From Isurus oxyrinchus (Eukaryota), in assembly GCA_026770705.1 (NCBI GenBank), contig JANJGN010000038.1, positions 12,710,001-12,774,000 on the forward strand: DNA of 64,000 nt. Direction: 5' to 3'. The position numbers were made by a program, and so were the translations under genes. Positions 25,601-39,020 of this stretch are shown here, piece after piece (within the stretch, counting starts at the first letter, position 1; each line of letters starts with the position of its first letter). Under the pieces are notes generated by a model, which saw nothing but the letters and a program-made list of their open reading frames with translations, did not search any database and had not been told where the DNA came from.

Positions 25601-27230
25601 CACCCATATTCTATAAGTGATATAGGGAGCTGGTGGCCTAACGGTGATGTCAGTGAACAAGTAATAGTAGAAATCGCCTTAGTAATGGTGACCACGAAAC
25701 TGCCACCGAACGCTGTAAACCAGATCTGCTTCACTAATGCCCCTGACGGAAGGAAATCTGAAATCCGTACATGGACCATGCCAGTTTCATTGACTTTTAA
25801 GCTGTCCTCCACCATGACTTAGAAATACATCAGCTCATGGGCAATTCGGCAACAAGTGCTGGCCTTGCCAGCGACATCCCATGAAATAATTAGGACAAAA
25901 TAAAGAAAATTGAGCATGCACACGAGATCTGAATTGGAGGCACGTGGGGATCCGGGAGGGCAGGCTGACTGGAGCAATAGCCAGCATAAAGTTTCCCGCT
26001 TGGTCGGCAACATGTTAAACTTTTTCAACATTTCTTTCTTCACTCCCGACGCACAGTGGCACCAGTGTGACCCATCTATAAGAGACCCTCCAGCCAGTCC
26101 CTAACGCTACTTTGACAGCACTTTCCAAGCGCGGAACCACTACAATCTAGAAAGAAAAGGACAGCAGATGCGTAGGAACACGATCATCTGAAAAGGCTCC
26201 TCCAAGTTGCACACCATCTTTACTTGCCACTAAATCATCATTCCATCATTATTTCTGGGTCTAAATCCTGTAATCCCCTACAGTATTGTGCGTGTCATAC
26301 GCCACGTGGTTTACAATGGTTCAAGAGAAAAGGTCACTGCCATCTTCTCTAGGACAATTAGAGACAAAACATGACCTTACCAGCGACCCAAAAACTAGCC
26401 GAATGAATACTTTAAAAAAAAAAACAGTTGATCGAGGAGAAAAGCCATGCAGGTATTTAAAAAACAGGAATAAGAATTTTCAAACGGTGTAGTTATTTGA
26501 CTTGGAGCCAGCACAAGAGTAATAGTTAAATGGGGACATGTCGTGAATTGGGCCAACGGCTCAATAATTTTGGATGATTCTTGTTTGAAAGTGAAGATGT
26601 GGAGATGGAGTGTATGGCGGGATTCAAAGATGATAGCTTTGCGATTCTCGAGGAGACAACCTGTACTCGCTTAATATTGACTGTCTAGACATGCAGCGGA
26701 AAAGTGAGAGGCAGTGGAGAATACAGAGAATGGGCAGTGAGGTAGCCCTTTGTCAGTGGCCAAATGGGATAAAGAATTGCGATTTAGAAATATGTGGTTG
26801 AGGGGCATCATCGGGTTGAAACATGGAAGATGAGTAAATAGTCAGAAGCTAGAAGACTCTCAATGTTAGGTGTTTTTCTGGCTGGAATTGATTTATCAGA
26901 GTGAAACCATTCAAAAATCAGTTTTGGTGAATGTTGTCACTATATAGGTTGAGCGTAACTTCCTCCAATTTATTCAATCCGCCCTCTAGGTAAATACCTT
27001 ATTGTGAAAGAGTAAATCACAGTAACTCTGAAAGAACGCTGATGCTTTGTGTAATCTGCTTGAAAGCACACCAAGTATTTCTAAAAGTGGAGGAACAGAC
27101 GGGTGTTGCACATTTTGGGTATTAGAGCATATATATCTTATACATTTGCTTCAAAGCATTAATGATCACCACGAAGATATCACACACAGACAAACCATGA
27201 ATAAGCAAGGCAGCCAATTTTCATTTTGCT

Positions 27231-27236
27231 TTTATT
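27231..27236 (-). terminator. Poly(A) signal of secretory IgNAR mRNA
   Basis: AATAAA on the minus strand about 225 nt after the secretory stop codon. Confidence 0.75.
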
Positions 27237-27461
27237 GCAATCAGTTGTGCCACATACAGACAAACTAACCATGCGTCACTAAACCCTTCATGAGTTTTTG
27301 ATAATATGGCAACTTGTATAAAATGCGAACAGTCATTCGCTGCCCTGGAGGGTGATTGTGAGGTCAGATGTTTGGGAGATTTGTTGATTCCAATGTTGAA
27401 ATAATTAGGAACCTCACAGCGGTGACATTTCTACAGGAAAGGCCTGGTCAATCATGGCGGG

Positions 27462-27844
27462 TTATGTACACGATTTAACACTGTCAGTTAGGAGAAGCGA
27501 AACATTAACTAAAGTAGGTTTACCGTGGGATTTATTAATACTTCGGATTAAATTCCTCTCGAGGGACGGGTGGCCCACTAAACAGGAGTAAGTGGTGCCA
27601 GTGTTCCACTCGGCTGCGGTGAGTCTCAATCTGCCGGCTAAGAAGCTGGAACCATTTCCCTTCTCACTCTCCAGTTGGCTCGGATGACCTGAATCCAGAA
27701 GGGTGTCATTGGCCATCCAAGCGATGTAAATCTCAGCAGGATAAAAACCGGTGGCGAGACACACCAGCGTTGCCGTATTCTCAGTGTCGATCTCATCCTC
27801 TGACGGAGACAGAATGTAGACTTTGGGACTAATCATTGTGCCAA
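27462..27844 (-). CDS. IgNAR: IgNAR constant exon C5 plus secretory tailpiece
   Basis: Acceptor TTTACAG|TT. Encodes VGTMISPKVYILSPSEDEIDTENTATLVCLATGFYP...YSCLVGHPSL...KSHGKPTLVNVSLLLTDSVKSCT*, with NVS sequon and penultimate Cys. An internal donor CAC G|GTAAAC at 27524/27523 serves the membrane form. Confidence 0.98.
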
Positions 27845-28289
27845 CTGTAAAGAGAGAAATATACAAATATTTTTTTAAACTGACTCTGTCTATTGTTTGG
27901 TCTTCACTATACATTTTCTTCTCTTAGAAGTACCATATGTTTGGAAATGTGGAATATTTCCTATCTCATAGGTTTAAAAATCTTTTTCCTTGCACATGGC
28001 TCTCATTCATATTTTTTCTTTTTATTGTTTGCATTGTGGCCCTATTTTTTTCCCCATAGAGTTGGGGAAAGCATTTTAAAGAAATGCTGACACTGTTGGA
28101 CTTGGGGATGCAGCAGTTTCAGATTTCTTACATTTTCTTTACCATAGTTTTCATCAACGTGGTGACTGGTTGGACCCGGGACTGTATCTCATTGATTATA
28201 CTAGAATTTAACGTTTGGCCTGCTTTTTATTTTCGTTTGGGGCCATTGGCAATTGGACCAGTCCCTGAACGAGTGTTATCTGTGCTTAC

Positions 28290-28610
28290 CCTTTAATTTC
28301 CTCGTTGAGCGTCTCTTTGGTGTTGGTAATTCACTTCCTTCTACAAGACAGACATATTCCACCCCACTGTCCCACTCTGCCGCAGTGACCGTCAGTTTGC
28401 TCACGATGGCCGAATTGCTTCCACTCCACTCAGGATTCTGGGTCTCAACTCCTTCCGTTCTCATTCTCCCATCCACTTGCCAGGACACGCTGACGCTTTC
28501 TAAATCACTGTAAAGGATTTCACAAGCAATGGTCGCTGTCTTTTGAACCCATATCTCTTCAAACGGAGGGTTCAATATATTGACAGAAATGTCTGACTCA
28601 GGGCAATCAG
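28290..28610 (-). CDS. IgNAR: IgNAR constant exon C4
   Basis: Acceptor TTCTTTCCAG|CT, donor AAG G|GTAAGC; 321 nt. Encodes ADCPESDISVNILNPPFEEIWVQKTATIACEILYSDLE...YVCLVEGSELPTP. Retains the N-terminal Cys at the C3-C4 linker (interchain disulfide in IgNAR). Confidence 0.97.
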
Positions 28611-29384
28611 CTGGAAAGAAAAGCGAACGGTTGTTTCAAACTCTCATGTTGAAATCACGGACGACAAACACTGCAGAATGCTAGAAAATGTGAACCAGTA
28701 CTTACTGAAAAGTGATTGAGTTGTTATTATCCTGTTGCTGGTTGAGATAACATGATGCTGCGCTCTCCTAGACTTATTGTTTTCATTCCTATGGCTTCCA
28801 TGGATCATGTTCTGAATAATATTCACTGCAATTCTTTCCAGGCTCGCCGATTACTCTGACAGGGACTGAATATTTGATTGTATTTGCGCTGATTCTGGAG
28901 GTCGAACGCTGTCTAGTGGCCTGTAGGTGCCCGATTCATTTCCCACTCATGTAACGTAATTAAAAGTTCCCTCTATTTATGACCCAATGTTTAGTTAATT
29001 TTCCCAGGACTGATCAAAGGGCGGACGCGTGCCCTGAGCAAAACTTTATAGACGTTCTGCATGATTTGACACCAAGTTCACTCACTCAATTGGAGAGTCT
29101 AATGTTTTAGAGAGAGTGAAATATCATCCAGTTTGGAAGGACTGCCGCTGGAATTTTGAGTTTAAGCAATTGTTTTGCAGAATGTAAAGTGAGGAAATGT
29201 GTAGGTTTACCATGATATACCTGACCCAGAGGTACACAAATTTTAAATTAGTAACAATGGACAGGCCTTCTATACTATCCGTGCACTGAGAGCAATAACA
29301 GGTTTACCAACAAAAATGGGGCGGGGGAGGGAGGCGGTGGGGTAGTTTTAAAAAAAATAAAATTCTGCTTCTGGTCAGGGAAAT

Positions 29385-29965
29385 AAAAACGTAAGAAATC
29401 GGAGCCGCAGCAGGCCATTCGATCCCTGAAGGCTCGCCGGCCATTCATTACAAGCATGACCTTCGCCTCTATCTCCAGCTCCCCACCCACTGCACATATT
29501 CCTTGATTCCCTGAAAGACCAACATTTATCCAGACTGTCAGATGTGACCACTTACTTGCCTGTTGGCAATCAATCACTTAACAAATCTCCTCTCAACCTC
29601 CTCTTATCCAAAGAGAACAGCCCTTCCCTTTAGAATCTACCTACGTAACTGATTCCCGTAACCCTGGAATAATTCTCACAATCCCTTTCTGCAGTCTCTC
29701 GAAACTTTTCATATTCTTGCTAACTTGTGGTGCCCAGAAATGGACACATTATAAAATACTGATTTGACCTAAACTGGAATAAAGCTTGAACATAATCTCC
29801 TTGTTTTGGAACTCTCTGCCTCTGTTTGTACAGCCCTGGTTCTCATTGTTTAACCATTATCTCCAGCTTCCCCACGCTCATCAATGATTTGTACAGGTAT
29901 AAGGCCACGTATCCCTGTACTTGCAACCCGTTCGGAATTGCAGCCTTTAGTTTATATTGTCTCTC
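29385..29965 (-). mobile_element. Degenerate CR1-type 3' fragment
   Basis: AAGAAATCGGAGCCGCAGCAGGCCATTCGATCCC is the reverse complement of a CR1 3' end. Confidence 0.6.
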
Positions 29966-30343
29966 CTCATTTGGCAGCAAAAGAAAATATTTGGAGGGAA
30001 TGAGGAAATTTTATAAAATAATAATGACAGTGTAATAAAACGAGCCATCTCAATGAGTTTAAACAGGATAAAACGTGGCAACGAGAAGGAATTTTGCAAC
30101 CAATTGACAAAAAATGTCCCCAAGTTTTAAAGGGGCAGATTTCAACATTGCAAAGCTCAGATCATCCTTCCAGCAAAGAAAATGGGATGTTTTAGATTAT
30201 TTTCTAACGGTTTCCTTGTAACTATTTGAACCAACATGAGACATTTAACTGTATCACATAAACATTATTTTCTGGTATAAGATCTAACAGGGAAGGTCAC
30301 TTTGAGTATCTCTGTCAAATGTCGATTGTTTATCATGCAGAGA

Positions 30344-30728
30344 ATGTGGGCCTCGCTGGCCGGGCCAGCACTTGTTGCCCATCCATAACTGCGCTCGAGA
30401 AGATGGTGGTGAGCTGCCTTCTTGAACCACTGCAGTCTATGTTTTATTGGTACACCCACAATGCTGTTAGGAAGGGTGTTCCTGGATTTTGACCAGCGGC
30501 AGTGAAGCAAACGACAAATATATTTCCAACTCAGGATTGTGTCTTGGAAATATATTGCCTTCCCTTCATTGTTGTCTGATAAAAATCCTGAAGCTCCCTT
30601 CCTAACAGCGCTGCGGGTAAACCTACACCACGTGGACTGGAGCGGTTCAAGAATGCAGCTCACCACCACCTTCTCACGGGCCACTAGGGATGGGAAGTAA
30701 GTGCTGGCCCAGCCAGCGAAGACCACAT
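30344..30728. repeat. Inverted pair of LINE/SINE 3'-end fragments in the C3-C4 intron
   Basis: 30344-30476 is the reverse complement of 30596-30728 (about 133-nt arms, imperfect); both match the second-family 3' tail. Confidence 0.8.
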
Positions 30729-32082
30729 CCCGTTATGAGTGGGTCAGCAGGGACAGAGTGCATCAGCAGCCTATTTTACCGAGAATGCATCACAGCCCAG
30801 TCGACTCTTGCCATCAGCAGATGTCCAAACATGTCGACTCCGACGATGGCCACTCAGGCCGTAGGAGGAGCAAAGAAAGGGTCCCTCACCTGTTACCAGA
30901 TACGCCCGGACCACTGTACCTTCCAAGAGTCACCGGTTCAGTGTGGTTAACCCAGTGATGAAAAACAGCCTCATTGAGGGAACATTATTATGAGTTGGTT
31001 CACATTACAGTGCATAGGTGCTCAGCGATCAGATGGAGCTCGAGCTTTAAGAGTCTGGGGCTCCGTCAGTCGAAGTATTTGCCCTGTTATTGCCACTGCT
31101 CACTATTGAGTTCTGTTCATCACCTCTCGAACCTCAGCTAATGGTTGTTCCCAATGAACCCACATAGGCAGAAAATATCAGCAATTTATTATGCCCTGAA
31201 TGCATCGCACCCAATTTTAACATTCATTCCAAACTGGCACATCGGTAGCTACCGTAGATTGGGAATCAAACCAATGACCATTCCTACTGCACAAACGAAG
31301 AGATACCGAGGCCAATTACCAGACACCAAAGGTCAATATCAACGAACTCAGCAAAGTACCTCCAGCTTCCTGGGAAATCTGAGAATTCCCAGCCAATCAC
31401 TGAGGCGCTGGGCAATTATTGTGCAGGGTTTTTTTAGCCTTCACTTAAAAAATACTACACCGCCGGAAATGAAAATGTTGATCAGAGGAGATTAAATTGA
31501 TCAAAATAAATTGTCACTTCATTAGGTTCAGTCCATGAGGACGTTATTTGCCCAGGCCTGTGACCTCTAATGCATTTGTTGCAGTAGCTTTCAAGACTAG
31601 AAACATACAAAACGGCTTCGATTGTTCAACTCCCTGGTGACTGGCTGCTTCTGGTTCTGAACTCACTGCTGAAAAGCAGTCACTGTTGTAGTTTTCTAAA
31701 AAAGAAATGAAACAGGGAAGTGGACCGCGCAAAGTCTTAACCCCACTTTGTGGAACAGAGTGTCCCTTAAGGTGTGCTTAGCACCATCTAAATAAAGCGC
31801 TCATTTCCAGAAAACTGAGAAGTTAAGTCTCAAACATTCTTATCCTTCCCCTTATCATCACTGGATTCTCAAATTGCTTGTGGAGGCGGACATATTGAGT
31901 GCTGAGCACTGTACCATCTCTGTGCTGTCTGGGAGATCAGGCCACATTAATTGGTTCCCATACGTTATTTAGTCCCTGCAACCTGGAGGAATGTACTTGC
32001 TAGTGTGGTGGTTCTTCGGTGTTGCTGTCAATTTAAGTACAAACCTTGAATGTGGAAATGCAATCTGAGAAACTGTTTTTAC

Positions 32083-32400
32083 CTTTCGTGTTGCTGATGG
32101 TCATATTTTCTGTGGATTGTGTAGGTGGGTGTGAGGCGGCACAGGTGTATCTTGCTCCTGACTTCCATTCCGCTTCAGGTAAAATGAGGAGGCTCTTTGA
32201 ACTGAAGGTCTGGTCCTGTTCAAGGGCCGTGGGGAAACTGCTGATGTTCGACCTCAAAGCAGCTCCGTTCTTCTGCCAGGAAATTATTATTTTGTCCGGG
32301 TAGAATCCTCTTATCAAACAAGTGAGGGTTGCGGCTTTGGTGCTTTGAATTTCTTCTGGTGATGGAGGCAAGAGCCGGAGCTTTGGCTCCACTGGCTCGA
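32083..32400 (-). CDS. IgNAR: IgNAR constant exon C3
   Basis: Acceptor TTTTGTTACAG|TC, donor AAA G|GTAAAA; 318 nt. Encodes VEPVEPKLRLLPPSPEEIQSTKAATLTCLIRGFYP...YTCAASHPPTQ. The C2-C3 intron is 87 nt. Confidence 0.97.
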
Positions 32401-32487
32401 CTGTAACAAAAGTTCAACCACTGTTAGTCTTAACTTCATTGCCATTGGTAAACGTATATATATATATGTAGGCATGTATAAGCTTAC

Positions 32488-32793
32488 CTCGTTGTTTCTT
32501 TCGTGTGCCTTTTGATACCGGAGTCGATGATAGATTGTCCTGTGCTGAACATGAGTATTCAGCCCCGCTCTCCCACTCTTCCACGCTGCTTGTCAAGCGG
32601 CTGATGGTCAGGTACTGGTTACCATCTTGGGTACCGGTTTCGATTTGAACACCTTCAGCCCTCACCTTTCCATTCACCTTCCAGGAGATCACAACCTCAT
32701 TGGGAGCTGTGGACACCACTTCACACACTAGGATGGCAGTTTTATTGATCCAAATATCTTCAACTGTGGGATCTCTGAGAAGTACTGTGATAT
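32488..32793 (-). CDS. IgNAR: IgNAR constant exon C2
   Basis: Acceptor TTGTAG|AT, donor CGA G|GTAAGC; 306 nt. Encodes DITVLLRDPTVEDIWINKTAILVCEV...YSCSAQ...KGTRKKQR. Confidence 0.97.
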
Positions 32794-33909
32794 CTACAAG
32801 TGAGCAACAAAAACAAAAAAAAATAAAATCACGAGGAGGCTTTAATGCTGACAATTCTACTTATTAACAATAATTTTTATATCAGTGACAATCTGTGGGC
32901 AGACATGTCAACACGTGGCATGCAGGACGTTTTAACCTGTAAGGAGGAAGGTCGCCTTCAAGGCTCTCAGTGCCTGGTGGAGGGACCCATGATCATGAAG
33001 GGGGTGCTGCGCTGTGAGTCACCCCCAGCAGGCAAAACCCCTTCCACCATTCCTCAGGTGTGGCCTGGGTCACCCCTTTTCTACATTGGACGACACGTCC
33101 CAAGGACATTACCCTCCATCACACTTTCCTAGCACCAACATGCCCTTTCTACATCGGACGCCCTCCCAAAGACTTCCAACCGTGGATGCTCGCTTCCTTC
33201 CACCCCAGCCTCTCCATAAGGACTACTTAATCATATCTGCACACACCCGGCATCATCTCCCTTGTCAGCCTTGAAACACCCAACACTTACATGACCCTGG
33301 AATCCGAGATTCAGACGCAGTGGACTTGTTGTGTCCCCAGACCTGCCCACTGCTGCCGCTGGTGCTGCTGGGTAAATAGCGCTGCCAGCCAGTCAGATTG
33401 GCTAGCAGGTCCCTGAGTTGGAACATCCACCTGAGTTCGAGACACAAGTCCGGATCAAGCCAATTATTACTCCTGATTCAGGGGCTGCTGCGATTGGCGG
33501 GGATGTGATCCAACCACCAACCTCCCCTGCTCTGCACCCCCCCAAAAACCTTGCCCAGCCCCCACACCTCACCCCGATTCTGTGGCTGGCAGTGCTGGGG
33601 TCTACTGATCCGGAACTTCCTGCCAGTGACAGGTTAATTCCATTGTCTATTTCTCTGCCCTTGCTTTCTCTCTGCTCCATTCTTCCGTTTCATCTTACAT
33701 GCACATTTTGGTACCGATACTCAGCAGCAAATAGAATCCACTCTGGCAATTGGAACGATTATCTGAATGAGGCTTTACAGTTTGACAGATTGTGTTGAAA
33801 ATATATCCATTTGCTGTAATTCTCTGTTCTATTTTGCCTGCAGAAATTTGGTGAATTCAGTGGGTAGGGTGTGTCAACATTTTTTTTTATCATAATATCA
33901 AAATAGGTT

Positions 33910-35165
33910 ATAAGAACATGAGAACGAGGAGCAGGAGTTGGCAATTCAGCCCCTCGAGCCTGCCCCGCCATTCAATACGATCATGGCCGATCTCATTTTG
34001 GCCTCAACTCCAATTTCCCCCCTCTCCCCATAACCTTTAAACCCATTACTAATTAAAAATCTGTCTATCTCCTCCTTAAATTTATTCAGCGTCCCAGCAT
34101 CAACTGTACTCTGAGGTGGTGAATTCCACAGGTTCACGACGTTTTGAGAAAAGTAATTCCTCCTCATCTCTGATTTAACACTACCACCCGTTAGACAAAA
34201 GCTATGGTCTCCTGTTCTAGAAAGCCCCAGAAAGAGAAACATCCGCTCCATGTCTACTTTGTCTATCCCCTTTAGCATCTTATATACCTCAATTAGATCT
34301 CCTGTCATCCTTCTAAACTCTAGCGAGTATAGGCCTAAAATGCTCAATCTCTCCTCTTAAGACAAGCCTCGCATCGCTGGAATCAATCGAGTGAACCTCC
34401 TCTGAACCACATCCAGTGCAGCTATATCCTTCCTCAAGTAAGGGTGAATCTGTGCACCATACCCCAGGTGCAGTCTCACCAATGCCTTGCCTACTTGCAA
34501 CAAACACTTCCCTATTTTTATATTCTATGCTTTGAGCAATAAATGCCAAAATTCCATTTGCCTTCCTTATTACCTGCTGTACCTGCATGCTACCTTTCAG
34601 CGATTCATGCACAAGGATATCCAGATCCCTCTGCACTGAAGGATTCTGAAGTTTCTCTCCATTTAAACAATAAGTAGCCTTTTTATTCTTTCGACCAAAA
34701 TGGATAACCTCACACTTATCCACGTTAAACTCCCTCTGCAAAATCTCGGCCTATTCACCTAACCTGTCCATATCCATTTGTAAATTTATTTCTTTTTCAT
34801 TGCAATTTACTTTCCCACCTATTTTGATGTCATCTGCAAATTTGGTTATGGTATCTCCTATCTCTGAATCCAAGTTATTAACATAGATGGTAAATAGTTG
34901 GGGCCCAAGGACCGAACCGCGGGGCACACCACTAGTTGTTACAGCTTGCTATCCAGAAAAAGACCCATTTATCCCGAATCTCTGCTTTCTGTTGGTTATG
35001 CCAATCCTCTATCCAAGCTAATGTGTTACCCCTAACACCGTGTAATCTTATTTTGTGTATTAATCTTTTGTGTGGCACCTTAAGAAAGGCCTTCTGGAAG
35101 TCCAGATATATTACATCTTCAGGATCACCATTGCCCACTTTGCTTGTCACATTTTCAAAGAAGTC
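33910..35165 (-). mobile_element. CR1-type LINE 3' portion in the C1-C2 intron
   Basis: ORFs with IYLDFQKAFLKVPH, FNVDKCEVIHFGRKN and [12 protein letters not shown]. Confidence 0.93.
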
Positions 35166-35604
35166 AATATGCTCAATGCTCAAAGCAAGATTATGCTCAA
35201 TGTGCACATTAACCAGAGCATAACATTCATCAGAAGGCGCCATGGAAAAGAATTTTGCAAAATTCGCCCGACTATGAGCACCATCCTGAACTTCAGGCAT
35301 TGCCGGTGCAATACAGAATGCGAGAGAGCAGCAGGAGACCATTCGGCCGTTCATGACACTCACTACCTTTTTGAAAGAGCACCATCAAATGCATTGGTCA
35401 ATGCTGCTGAAACTCTTCCAGCAAATTTTATTGTAGTGTTTCACTGCATCTTGCTCTGTCACTGATCACACTCAGTGTTGCCTGTTCCAGGACCTTGAAT
35501 CCGAAATGATAAATTATTGCAATAACAATCCCAATTAATCAGATGCTAATAAAGTAACCATGTTTGACATCTGCAAACCGTATGAACTGGTTCCATTTCC
35601 TCAC

Positions 35605-35919
35605 CTGACGTTGATCGAATTTCTTTCTGCTTGTTACTGTTGGTTGCGGAATGGGTCACTTGGCATCTGTACACGGAACCGCTGCTCCATTCCCGAAGAG
35701 GCACATTCAGGAAGCTCGTGGAGCTGAAGTCTCCTTTCGATGATTTAGCTGGGGGCGTAGTGGTAAAGCCAGAGTCTATGCTATTTCCGTTCTTTTGCCA
35801 GGTCACCCCAATGCTTTCTGGCTTGTACTCCCTGATGAGGCAAAGCAGCTGCACAAAACCCTTTGCTCTCAGTTCGGAATTTTCGAGGTAGAAGAGACTT
35901 ATTATTGGAGGAGTCGGCC
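35605..35919 (-). CDS. IgNAR: IgNAR constant exon C1
   Basis: Acceptor TTTTCTAATTTTAG|GG, donor TCA G|GTGAG; 315 nt, phase 1-1. Encodes GPTPPIISLF...FVQLLCLI...W...YRCQVTHSATNSNKQKEIRSTS, close to nurse shark IgNAR C1. Confidence 0.97.
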
Positions 35920-35959
35920 CTAAAATTAGAAAAAAAAAACATCTTAGTTCTTTACTAAA

Positions 35960-36190
35960 AGTACGATAAATCGTTTCCAACATATCTCCACCAGTATTTA
36001 TCCCTTGGCCAAAATCTAAATCAGATATTGCAGTCACAGGCTCATTATAGGAGCTTGGTATGAGCAAATTAACTGCCGGGTTTCTTACAGGACAATGGTG
36101 CCTGCGCTTCAAAAATAATCTCATAGTTTGTAAGGCGCTATGTGGTGTTCTGAGGACCTGGAAGACACAATAGAAATTCAACTTTTTCCT
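35960..36190 (+). mobile_element. Deu-domain SINE remnant just 5' of the C1 acceptor (antisense to the gene)
   Basis: GCAAATTAACTGCCGGGTTTCTTACA...CTTCAAAA...TGTAAGGCGCT..TGAGG resembles the Deu domain as recalled. Confidence 0.6.
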
Positions 36191-37652
36191 CAATTATTTA
36201 TTGGAATATTTGCGCTTTGTTAATTGTCATTTCTATTATTATCGTAGCAATGCAATGGAATGTGACACCACCTGAAATCTTACCTAAAATAGAGGCCAGA
36301 TTCTTAAGATAATATGAATGACTCACGGCCCTAGTCTGCACCGGGTGCAACACAAATGGCGGACAGATTAGAGATTATCAATATTATTATTATCTTAATA
36401 ACAGCAATTGAAGCTTTACCGACCCGTTCACATAATACAATAAAATTTCCTGGAATTTCCTTCCGTCATATCGGCGCACATATGAGAAGGTCACCGCTTA
36501 AGCGGGAGAGAACTGAACTGCAACTATTGGGAGTCAATTTATGCTCTAATCAGGAAGTTGCATTTCGCTTCCAAGGGCTCGGCAAAAGTCCATGTCCTTG
36601 ATCCAACCCGACCCTGTAATAATGGAAATTTGGCTGTGAACTTAGAAAGCTGTTTATTTATTTATTTAGGGCCGATATTAGCGGGCGTGGAGACTGCTCA
36701 GGATGGAATCCACAAACCGGTAGTACGCATTTGAAATTTATTTTAATGATTTATCACCAATGCCTGTTGCAGGTAGCTATGGAAATTGGAACTTTCCTCA
36801 AGCTATTTTAAAAGAAGTACATTGGTAGAAAGGGATCAGTCGGAGCAGGTATGAAACTAATGCACCATTATTGCTTGCATGTTATATTTCTGCTTATGAA
36901 AGCTCCCTGGGAGCAGGTATGGAGGTGGCTGCAGTGGTGTTAAATTAAATATTAATGGACCCCTTATATCTGCTGGCCAGCAGAATGAAAAACAGGATGC
37001 CACCCAACATTCTTGCAGTCAGCTCCATATCTGCTCCCACTCAGCCTGTTACAAGCAACACATGAGAATGGGAATATTGTCATAAAGGAAGTCAGGTCTT
37101 GAATAACAATTCAAATATTGCTGAAAAAAGGATTTTTCTGTCGATGATTTTCGTCTTGCACTCATCAGGATAGTTCGCAAGAAATTTTTTACTCTCAGGG
37201 GAAATGACATATTTATACCGCATGACAAAACAGACGCACAAGCCAGGAGCTCACGTATTGCGGGTAATGCATTAGCATGGATTAAGGATTGACTATCACA
37301 GGGAAGATAAGGAATCGGTATTTAATGTTTTTTTTCAGGTGGAAAAACCACAAAGTTCAGTCCAAGGGCCTCAATTATTTACTATCAATATTAATTACTT
37401 GGAGTCGGGGCAGAGTGTGATATATCCAAATTTGCAGACAATATAAAATAGGTGGGAGGGCATGTTGTGATGAACGCATAATCAATTGGCAAGGGAATAT
37501 AGATGGGTTGAGTAAGTGGGAAAAACTTGCAGATATAGCTTACTGCAGAAAAGTGTGAGGTTATGCACTATGGTAGGAAGAAGCAAAAGTCAGACTATTA
37601 TTTAAATTGAGAGATGCTCCAAAAACGTGCAGCAGAGACGGATCTGGTAGTT

Positions 37653-39020
37653 ATAGAACCAATAACAAAGAAAAGTACAGCACAGGAACAGGACCTTCGG
37701 CACTCCAAGCTTGCGCCGATCATACTGCTTGTCAGACTAAAACATTGTACAACTCCGGGGTCCATATCCCTCTATTCCCATCCTATTCATGTATTTGTCA
37801 AGCTGCCTCTTAAACACCACTATCGTACCTGCTTCCACCACCTCCTCTGGCAGCAAATTCCAGACACTCACTACCCTCTGGGTAAAAAGCTTGCCCTGCT
37901 CATCTCCTATTAAGTTTTCTCCTCTCACCTTCAATATATGTCCCCTAGTAATTGACTCTTCCACCCTGGGAAAAAAAGCTTCTATCTACTCTGTTCATGC
38001 CACTCATAATTTTGTAAACTTCTATCAAGTCGCCTCTCAATCTCTGTTGCTCTAATGAGAACAATCCGAGTTTCTCCAACCTCTCTTCATATACAATAAC
38101 CTACAGACCAGCAGCATCCTGCAAAACCTCCTCTGCACCCTCTCCAACGCCTCCATATCCTTCTAGTAATGTGGTGACGAGAACTTCAAGCAATAATCCC
38201 AGTCTGGCCTAACCAAGGTTCTATACAGCTGCAGCATGACTTCCAGGCTTTAAGATTCAATAACCCTGCTGATGAAGGCAAGCATGCCATATGCCTTCAT
38301 GACTATGTTATCCAACTGTGTTGCCACTTTCAGTGGCCTGTGGATCTGTACACCCAGATCCCTTTGCCCGTCGATTCACTCAAAGTTTCTGACATTTACT
38401 GTATAATTCCTACCTGTATTAGACTTTCCAAAAGGCAATACCTCCCATTTGTCGGGATTAAACTCCATGTGCCATTTCTCCGCCCAAGTCTCCAACCTAT
38501 CTATATCCCATTGTATCCTTTGACAATCCTCTTCACTATCTGCAACTCCTCCAAAATTAGTGTCGTCTGCAAACTTACTGATTAACCCAGTAACATTTTC
38601 TTCCAAATTATTTACATATCCTACAAACAACCAATGTCCCATCACTGATCACTGTGGAAATCCACCGATCACACCTCTCCATTCAGAAAAGCAACCTTCC
38701 ACTGCTACCCTTTGTCTTCTATGACCAAGGCAATTCTGCATCCATCTTACCAACTCACATCTGATGCCGTGCGACTTTACCTTCTGTGCCAGTCTGCAAT
38801 GAGGGACATTGTCAAAGGCCTTACTGAAATCTATGTAGATAGAATCCACCGCCCTTCCATCGTCGATCATCTTTGTCACTTCCTCGGAAACTCGGTCAAG
38901 TTAGTGAGACCACGACCTTTCCTTCAAAAACCATGCTGCCTCTCACTAATACACCCATTTGCATCCAAATGCTAGTACATCCTGTCACAAAGAATCTTCT
39001 CCAATAATTTCCATACCACT
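37653..39020 (-). mobile_element. Nested CR1-type LINE insert 1
   Basis: ORFs with YIDFSKAFDNVPH and ISKFADDT; its 3' end lies at about 37653. Confidence 0.92.

Noticed and set aside
32900-33680. GC-rich, proline-rich ORFs in the C1-C2 intron as an extra hinge exon
   Set aside because: The proline-rich frames are on the opposite strand to the gene, there are no convincing minus-strand splice sites, and the composition suggests an interspersed repeat.
35920-36193. N-terminal extensions of the long minus-strand ORFs over the C exons and TM1 (for example 35546-36193, 22362-22874, 27462-27914)
   Set aside because: Intronic read-through beyond clear AG acceptors and GT donors; the C1 extension runs through a SINE remnant.
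36270-36300. Minus-strand TTTTAG|GTAAGA as a recursive splice site or hinge-exon donor before C1
   Set aside because: Weak polypyrimidine tract, no upstream acceptor or proline-rich hinge frame found, and J joins C1 in frame without it. Similar motifs at about 23995 and 14512 suggest chance.
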